Origin: Basidiobolus meristosporus CBS 931.73 | Lineage: Eukaryota; Fungi; Basidiobolomycota | DNA length: 64,000 nucleotides | Assembly: GCA_002104905.1 (NCBI GenBank) | Contig: MCFE01000353.1 | Location: forward strand, 1-64,000 | Direction: 5' to 3' | Shown: piece by piece, positions 1 to 7,135 of the stretch | Numbering within the stretch: position 1 is the stretch's first letter | Layout: the number at the start of each line of letters is the position of its first letter | Position numbers and translations under genes: made by a program | Notes under the pieces: generated by a model | Told to the model about the DNA's origin: nothing | Database searches by the model: none | The model's input: only the letters and a program-made list of their open reading frames with translations

Positions 1-187
1 TTGTAGTTCAATAGTTTTCCCTTGACAAGCTTGAGGCTTTATCCCCCATCACATTAGATTAGACAAAAGACCCAGTATTCCTAGCAAGCTTCTGCCAGAG
101 GTTATCGCACCCAGTGAACACCCCACACACATTCACACTTGAGAAGTGTTGGCCGTATTTTGCCCTTTGGACTTATACACCACCACA
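1..187 (+). mobile_element. 3' end of an LTR (family B), cut off by the window start
   Basis: Near-identical to the last ~190 bp of 61061-62139 and 62867-63257; ends ...CCACCACA at 187, like the inner copy at 62139. Confidence 0.8.
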
Positions 188-660
188 CGCGCGGCTGATG
201 ATTGATAACTCCTGCTAGACACAAGTAAACGTAGCAAGTGGGTATCCTTAAAACCTGTTGGGGTATGGTTACCGCGCACTATAAAAGTGCATTAGGGACT
301 CATGTAAAACTATCATGATGAAAAATAAAAGCACTTTTTTACCGCGCGGCTGATGATTGATGACTCCCGCTAGACACAAGTAAACGTAGCAAGTGGGTAT
401 CCTTAAAACCTGTTGGGGTATGGTTACCGCGCACTATGAAAGTGCGTTAGGGATTCATACAAAACTAGCATGATGAAAAATAAAAGCATTTCAGTATTGC
501 GCGGCTGATGATTGATGGCTCCCGCTAGACACAAGTAGACGTAGCTAGTGGACATCCTTAAAACCTGTTGGGGTATGGCTACTGCGTACTTTCAAAGTGC
601 GTTAGGAACTCATGTAAAACTATCATGATGAAAAATTAAAGCACTTTTGTACCACGTGGC
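188..660. repeat. 155-bp tandem repeat, 3 copies plus the start of a 4th
   Basis: Units begin at 188, 343, 498 and 653 (consensus CGCGCGGCTGATGATTGA...); each contains a short GCACT-N5-AGTGC-type hairpin. Confidence 0.92.
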
Positions 661-1177
661 TAAGTTTTACAATTCCCGCGGGATACATGTGCGCATAGAA
701 CATAAGTAGTAGTTGCAATGGTGTCAAATAAAGTTTCTATTATAGCCATAATATATATTGAACTTTTGGATACACTTTATATTTGGTAAAAGCAATTGGG
801 TTACAGAAAATTTGTATTGGCCATGAATTTTTTTATCATATTAGGGCCGCGCAATTTATGGTGCCCAAAGCTTATCAAAATATGGGATTGTGGCCAGATT
901 GGGATGAATCCCATTAATTATTAGATATATATTAAAAGTAACAATTTATTAATTAAATAGTCATCAAGACTTATACAGAGCATATGGACAGTATAGGGAG
1001 ACAAATATTGGCCCAGACATGCCCACCATACGAGCAGACAATGTGCCAATTGTAGGGTAAAAATATTTATGGTTAGGGTGATAAGGGTTAGGAGGAGGAA
1101 TTCTAACCCTAAGGGACCAGAACCAAGAATGAGAGAAAAGTAATCCAACGGGAATTTAAAGAGTATAAGAGCAGTAT

Positions 1178-1247
1178 GGGGGATTGCATCCCCCAAACCC
1201 CCTGCTTTTTTATTCTCTAGGGGACTGCGTCCCCCAGACCCCCTGCT
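1178..1247 (+). other. Pair of GC-rich hairpins with TGC loops
   Basis: GGGGGAT-TGC-ATCCCCC (1178-1194) and GGGGAC-TGC-GTCCCC (1220-1234), each followed by A(A/G)ACCCCCTGCT. Confidence 0.75.
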
Positions 1248-1352
1248 CTTCTAACCTTTTTCTAGCCCTTACTATAACACCTACACCCTTGCACTTGATC
1301 AAAGGAGAATCCATAATGTGCTCAAGAGCTTCCCAACTCTACTGCTCCAGGT

Positions 1353-2888
1353 GTGGACACAATCTCCTATGAGCTTCTGAAGACTAGTACCAAGGCCATG
1401 TCTGCACTTCTGCTTCCACTGTTTCAGCAATGCTCAGCCCAGCTTTCTACTCCTGAGGAATGGTCCTTTGCAAATGTTCTGCCACTGTACAAGGGTAAAG
1501 GAAAGCACCTGGATCCTAGCTCCTACAGGCCAATATCTCTGCTGCCCACCTGCAGAAAGGTGTTTGAGCTTCTGCTTGCTCAGGAGCTCTACTCTGACTC
1601 CCTCAAGTTTCATCCTGCACAGTTTGGCTTTGTTCCTGGCCTCTCCTTGGAATATGCAGTCATACTTAGCCAAGATCACTCTCTCCAGTGCAAGTATCCC
1701 TCAGTTCTGTTTGATATTACTAAGGCCTTTGATTCAGTTGACAGAAATCTGCTTTGGTCCAAGTTGCAATGCTTCTCCAGTACCTCTCTCACCCTCCTTG
1801 TCAGGTCCCTGTTTCTGGATCCACAAGCAAGAATTCTGCACCCAAGTGAGCAATCAGCTGTGTTCTCAGTTCCTAATGGAGTGGTTCAAGGCTCTGTGCT
1901 TGGTCCTATACTGTTTGCCATCTTCCTGAATGATTTCCCAAGACTCTCAGCTGACTGCCTGGTTACTCTCTTTGCTGATGACATCAGAATATCCTCCTCC
2001 AATGTGCAACAAGACTCCCAGACCATCCACCAGTATCTGCAGAAGAATAATCTCCAGCTTTCCATTGCAAAGACAGTACCTTTGGGCTCTCCCATCACCT
2101 TAGAGAACTCCACTCTACCTGCTCAGGTTTCTGCTACATATCTTGGCTTTCCTTTCCTTCCTACTGGACTAGACTCTGGAGCACACCTGAAGAAGAGAAT
2201 TATCCTGGCAAGACAGGCACTCCACAAGCTACTGGCTGTTACTCCTCCTACATCTTCAGCTCCCAGCTGCCTTCTTCTACTCAAGCAGTTTGTCTTCCCT
2301 GTCCTGGAATTTGGCTTACCACTTCTCTCTCTTACTTCTAGAGACTGCACTAAGCTTGACAAGTTTGCAGTATGGTGCATTACCTCCTTGGTGCCTCATT
2401 TGCCTGAATGCCCCTACAGACATGCTATTCTTGGTGCTTTTGGGTTTATGCCCTATAAGATCAGACTTCTCTACCTTAGAACCAGATTATATCTCAGACT
2501 TCACCACTGCAACAACCCACTGATTAAGGCCTGGAAGAGAACACACCACACAACACCTGGCTCCTGCTGGAGAACTATACTTGGAGATCCTGAAGTCAAG
2601 AAGTTTGCAGAATTTATTCTGCAGTCAGAAAAACCCAAGCTGGCCTACCTGAAGTACTTGACAGACCTTTGGCAGCAATATCTGCAGCAGCACACTCCCT
2701 TTATGATGAATATCAATCCTTATCACATTCCCCTCATTAATGTTGTTCACAAGTCATTCTTACCTCTCTTGCTACCCCCCTTCCCACTGAACAGTGTCTT
2801 GAGCACTGAAGAACTATCATCACTTCTTATTAACTTACCTACAAATTCCCCTCAGCTACACACTCTTGTATTAAAGCTACAACAGTAG
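1353..2888 (+). CDS. Non-LTR (LINE-type) reverse transcriptase with no endonuclease domain in view
   Basis: Motifs LPNSTAPGVD (just upstream, in frame), KGKG..DPSSYRPISLL, QFGF, FDITKAFDSV, GVVQGSVLGPILF, FADD, YLG; 511 open codons; in-frame stop at 1314-1316; no ATG until 1398. Confidence 0.9.
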   Translation: MDTISYELLKTSTKAMSALLLPLFQQCSAQLSTPEEWSFANVLPLYKGKGKHLDPSSYRPISLLPTCRKVFELLLAQELYSDSLKFHPAQFGFVPGLSLEYAVILSQDHSLQCKYPSVLFDITKAFDSVDRNLLWSKLQCFSSTSLTLLVRSLFLDPQARILHPSEQSAVFSVPNGVVQGSVLGPILFAIFLNDFPRLSADCLVTLFADDIRISSSNVQQDSQTIHQYLQKNNLQLSIAKTVPLGSPITLENSTLPAQVSATYLGFPFLPTGLDSGAHLKKRIILARQALHKLLAVTPPTSSAPSCLLLLKQFVFPVLEFGLPLLSLTSRDCTKLDKFAVWCITSLVPHLPECPYRHAILGAFGFMPYKIRLLYLRTRLYLRLHHCNNPLIKAWKRTHHTTPGSCWRTILGDPEVKKFAEFILQSEKPKLAYLKYLTDLWQQYLQQHTPFMMNINPYHIPLINVVHKSFLPLLLPPFPLNSVLSTEELSSLLINLPTNSPQLHTLVLKLQQ

Positions 2889-3027
2889 CGCTGGCTTCTT
2901 TGTTTCAACTGAAATAAAGATTTCACCTGTTGGTGACTGTCTCCCCCCTAACCCTCTCTTTTCTTCTTAACTATTTTCCCTCCCTCCCACCCCAACTACT
3001 CCTTTCTTCTTATTATCTAATTCTTCC

Positions 3028-3828
3028 ATGTCTTTACCCAACTTTCACTCTTTACAGACTTCTTATCTTGAACAAAGAGTTTCTCTTCTTGAAGCTGAAA
3101 ACTCAATGTTGAAATCTCAGATTCAGGTTCTCTTCAAAACTCTCTCTGAACTTCACCCAGCACTCTCTACTTCTCTTTCAGCTTCTTCCTTACCTTGCAA
3201 CCCCTCAACCAGCTCTTCTTCCAGTCAATCTGAGCACTGTGAGCAACCAGCAACTCCTGCCATTCATACTCAGACATACTCCCAAGCACTTCAAGCTCAT
3301 TCAAAGCCAGCTGCCCTTTCAACAAGACAGTCACCTAAGCCAGTGCACCCTAAAGCTAGAAGAAGATTCCCTGTCAGCCCTGATACTCCTCCCACTGCCA
3401 ATTGGGCTGTTTGCTATTTCAGAAATGCTGGCTATCTCCCAATTTCAGAACAAAGAAACTACCTCAAGGACCTAGGTATTCATATGCCTAAGATTATTAA
3501 CATTCAGTACATTGCCAGGGATCTCTTGGAAGTTATTCTTGACAAAGATATTGTTGAAGATTTTACAGAAGAAGTCAAAAATATGCTGGATTGGGAGCTC
3601 TCAGAGCATATATTCAGACATCATTTGGACATTCCACTCTTTGTACCATTCTCTCTGGAAAAAGAACTCCTCAAAAGGTTTACCAGCTTGTTGAAAAACT
3701 CTCCTTCCCTTCAAGTCACAAACTTCCTCAAGAAATACTACAGTGAACAAGCAGTTTTGCTACATTCTCCTCTAGACTTCAATATTGAGGATATTTGGGA
3801 TACAGCAAAGTCCAAGTTTATCTTGTAG
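3028..3828 (+). CDS. Gag/ORF1-like protein of a non-LTR retroelement
   Basis: ATG-initiated, 266 aa: N-terminal coiled coil (LEQRVSLLEAENSMLKSQIQVL), S/P-rich linker, TYSQAL, then LKDLGI..IINIQYIARDLLEVIL, recalling from memory ORF1s of early-diverging-fungal LINEs; carries the same 3' end as the RT module. Confidence 0.6.
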   Translation: MSLPNFHSLQTSYLEQRVSLLEAENSMLKSQIQVLFKTLSELHPALSTSLSASSLPCNPSTSSSSSQSEHCEQPATPAIHTQTYSQALQAHSKPAALSTRQSPKPVHPKARRRFPVSPDTPPTANWAVCYFRNAGYLPISEQRNYLKDLGIHMPKIINIQYIARDLLEVILDKDIVEDFTEEVKNMLDWELSEHIFRHHLDIPLFVPFSLEKELLKRFTSLLKNSPSLQVTNFLKKYYSEQAVLLHSPLDFNIEDIWDTAKSKFIL

Positions 3829-3925
3829 GCTTCTGCATCTCAACTATTCATATTCAAATTTGGCTTCTTTATTTATGATTTAAATAAAGATTTCACCCTG
3901 TGGTGATTATCATCCCCCCAACCAA

Positions 3926-4446
3926 GAACACTTAGCCTTGTGGTTATCCCTAACCCTTCCATACCCATGGTTGTGGGTTCAAATCCTGGATCCAGCAAAA
4001 TTTGATTAATAAATTGATGTGTGCTCATTGGGAGATGGCTTGATCAACCATCGGGCAAAGTAAAGGCTCTGATTGGCTGAAATCCTTGAAATGCTAATTG
4101 GCCAGATTTGCCTAGTAAATTTGGCCAGTGATCGCCCAGAAATACATCTCAGTTCCCCCAGTCTACTGGCCATTCCGGCCACAATTCAGCTACCGCAAAC
4201 CAGTATAACTTAGCTCAGATATATTCAGATTCTCACTTCTCAGGCCTGGCTTTCCAGGAAACCACTCTTAGACCTAGCTAACTAGGAAATATAGTACCAC
4301 TCAGATTCTCAACTCTCAGACCTGGCTTACCAGGAAGATATCTCTCAGACCTAGCTTTCTAGGAATTACTTCAGATTAACTTGGCTTCTTTAGATACTTG
4401 TCATAAGTAAATAAAGATTTCACCACTTGGTGACTTTCCTCCCCCC
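3926..4446 (+). mobile_element. tRNA-derived SINE sharing its 3' end with the RT module
   Basis: A-box-like TAGCCTTGTGG (3933-3943) and B-box GGTTCAAATCC (3976-3986) at tRNA-like spacing; no T4 run in the unit; shared 3' signature at 4382-4446. Confidence 0.7.
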
Positions 4447-4473
4447 TAACCCTAACCCTAACCCTAACCCTAA
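4444..4473 (+). repeat. Telomeric repeat tract (CCCTAA)5
   Basis: Five perfect CCCTAA units, C-rich on the + strand. Confidence 0.95.
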
Positions 4474-5020
4474 GTGGATTTTTAGATACCTAAAAGAAAC
4501 TGCTGATATCTGCTTAAGATACACTTATAAGGATTCAGAACAGGATCTTGTAGGATACTCTGATGCTGATTGGGGACAAAATTTGGAAGACAGAAGATCT
4601 ACCACAGGATACACCTTCCTTTACTGCAAAGGAGCAATTTCATGGAACTCAAGAAAGCAACCAACCGTAGCACTTTCCACCACAGAGACAGAGTATATGG
4701 CAGCCTGTGAAGCTACAAAAGAAGTAATGTGGTTAAGAAAGCTTTTTACAGATTTAGGCCTATGTCAAAAAACTCCTATTACTTTATTTCAAGATAATCA
4801 AGAATGTATACAATTAGGTAGAAATTCAACTTTTCATGCTAGAACTAAGCACGTAGATATTAGACATCATTTCATATGTGAAGCTATAGAGAATAACTTA
4901 GTTAGCTTAGTTTACTGTCCTACAGATGAAATGATTGCAGACATATTTACCAAACCATTAGCTAGAGACAAGTTTGAATATCTTAGGTCAAAATTAGGAC
5001 TAGTCAGTATGAACATTTAG
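4474..5020 (+). mobile_element. Ty1/copia RT C-terminus and RNase H, 5'-truncated at the telomeric tract
   Basis: KWIFRYLK, YSDADW, SWNSRKQPTVALSTTETEY, QDNQ, RTKHVDIRHHF, ADIFTKPL; followed by a purine-rich tract (5023-5031) and an LTR. Confidence 0.95.
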
Positions 5021-5031
5021 CTGAGTGGGAG

Positions 5032-5363
5032 TGTTGTAAAAATTTGTATTTCCACCTAAAAGTTCACCTAACTTAGTCACTTAGATCATTACCTTCATAT
5101 CCTAGAGAATACTGACCAAATTCCTTGTTGGGATTTACTTAGAATATTTACCCAGAACATGAAAATTTGATAAGTTGTCCAAACAGCCCCAAGCTTTGCA
5201 CACATGTTTTTGGGACCTTCCTTAACCTATTGTACGTGATTGTTATGCCAAGACCATGTAAAAGTATAAATACTACTTTTACATTCAATAAATCATTAAG
5301 TGAAAACCATATAATCTACTTGTTCTCCCAATCACTTCCAATATCTCCAAAACTCTTACAACA
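5032..5363 (+). mobile_element. Copia 3' LTR (family A)
   Basis: TGTTGTAA...TTACAACA termini; similar to 52230-52569, 55671-56015 and the inverted 56501-56849. Confidence 0.92.
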
Positions 5364-5677
5364 ACATATGCTACATATATCTCCATTTTATGGAGGATCT
5401 ACCTCAGCCTCTACACCCCATTCTTAGCCTCCTCCAGTCCATACTTGTCTAATTTAGTAGCAGTTGTTGATAAGACACTACCATCTTTATTTATCCATCT
5501 AGTGCCACTTGACTCTATTTTGACTCCTCCTCAACTTAGTGACCTTTCATATAAGCTTTCACAAAATATCCCTTCTCTTTATTTGCTTATAAAAAAGCTA
5601 GGCGTGTAGCACTTGGCTTCTTTATTTTGAATTATTGAAGTATGGATTTTGCCTGTTGGTGATTGTCGCCCCCCCCC
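5364..5677 (+). pseudogene. 3' fragment of a diverged sister of the non-LTR RT element
   Basis: Open frame 5364-5609 (TYATYISILWRIYLSLYTPF..PY..VVDK..PLDSIL..KLGV*) aligns without gaps to the last ~82 aa of RT 1353-2888; followed by TGGCTTCTTT (5614), a degenerate hairpin and C9. Confidence 0.85.
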
Positions 5678-6063
5678 AATTCTGCATGGACTCCAAGTTT
5701 GATATTTGTCATAGGACTTATGAATAGTGAGCGGCCAACTTATATACTGGTAAAGTTGTAACATCTAATAAGCCAATAGTAACCTTTGACAAATCCAATG
5801 ACGAATGAGCAAGCACCAACTGATTTCATTGGTGTAGATGAATATTTGGTAAACAGAACAAATGGTCATCCTATTGAGCAGCTTTTAGGATTCGCTAGGT
5901 ATGCTGCATTGTAAATATTCAAGAGGCCTTTGACTAGTCATCATCGTAAATGGCAGTTGATTTGGTAGCTTCTACTCACTTCAATCTAGCCAAATCCATC
6001 AAGCGAGGTGTATGAATACTGACCATCCAATAATTGTGGCAATATTTATTTGGAACAAGCTAC

Positions 6064-7135
6064 TTATTTGAAGAAGGATTTGCTGTGCTCCTCAAGCTTT
6101 GCATCAGTATCTTTGAAATAACTGGTAAAACTAGGATGGCTCCGGACATTTTGGACCAATTTCCAAAGAGCTGGGGATTTGGATGCTGAAAATACCTCCT
6201 CTCCAGAAAGCAGGTTGATTATTCTGATCATCTGGGCATTCAAGAACTCCGCCAGAGTGAACTACAAGGCACTCTAGTTAGAAATCGGATTCATTAATGA
6301 TTAGTAGAATGCCAAACCTCATCGCGTAAATAGAATCCATTGTTTCCATTCTTATTGAGGATTTCTTCGTGATATTTAATATACTTTGGAACTACAACTT
6401 GAAGGAAGTTCTCCGCGGCCTTCTCCTATATTGAAGGCTATGTGAGCTATGCGCTTTGGTTTGTACAGTATAAATGATTACCTTTGCTTCCCCTTCCAGC
6501 GCGAATCTGCCAAAAAACTTCTCGGACATTGCGTCTACATACACTTTTAGTATTTTCAATCATTAAAACTCTCTACTTTCAACTTACTTCCATTGTCACA
6601 GATACTTTCCAAGAAAGCAGCCTCTTCAAGGTCTTTTCCCAGGTATCCTAAACAGGGATAAGTAGTAATTCAGCTGATAGCTTGAAGTTAAATATATAGT
6701 TCGGTACTAACCGTATTTTCTAGCAAGGTACCGCTCAATAGCATGAGATTCACCCAAGATGAATTTCTGTTCCATGAAACTCGGTTAAAGTAGGAAAGGA
6801 ATATCATGCTAGAACCTGCCAATATTACCTTCCCATCCTCCTTCTTTTCTACCATGTATGGCAGCTGGCCGAAGGGGACAGTTGTTTGAACCTTTTCCCA
6901 CTCACTCCACTAAGTCAAGTAAGTTAATTCAGAAATAACCAAAGAAGCGATTCCACCAATAAAGAAATCAACCTTAACATCCTTGCTCTCATAAGGGACC
7001 TAGAAGCAGAATGGTCAGAGCATTGAAAATATGGCTTGGATTGTAAAGACAAGTTACCCCCGCATGAAGCAAGATAAGTTTGGCGGTTTCAGCACGGCCA
7101 GGCATTTCAAAGTAGGATAATTCGAAGGTAGACAT
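6064..7135 (-). CDS. Glutathione S-transferase (Tyr-type, sigma-like), 8 exons, ~220 aa
   Basis: Hand-spliced through GT-AG introns: MSTFELSYFEMPGRAETAKLIL, PFGQLP, ESHAIERYLARKYG, KNGNNGFYLRDEFTLAEF, SPALWKLVQNVRSHP; no stops. Not in the ORF track. Confidence 0.88.

Noticed and set aside
188-660. CRISPR-like array
   Set aside because: Whole 155-bp units are repeated with no unique spacers; eukaryotic context with no cas genes.
3948-3957. Telomerase RNA template
   Set aside because: Only CCCTAACCCT within a SINE head; no pseudoknot or other TER features could be identified.
4427-4473. N-terminus MVTFLPPNPNPNPNP of ORF 4427-5020
   Set aside because: It is a translation of the 3' signature and telomeric repeat, not part of the copia protein.
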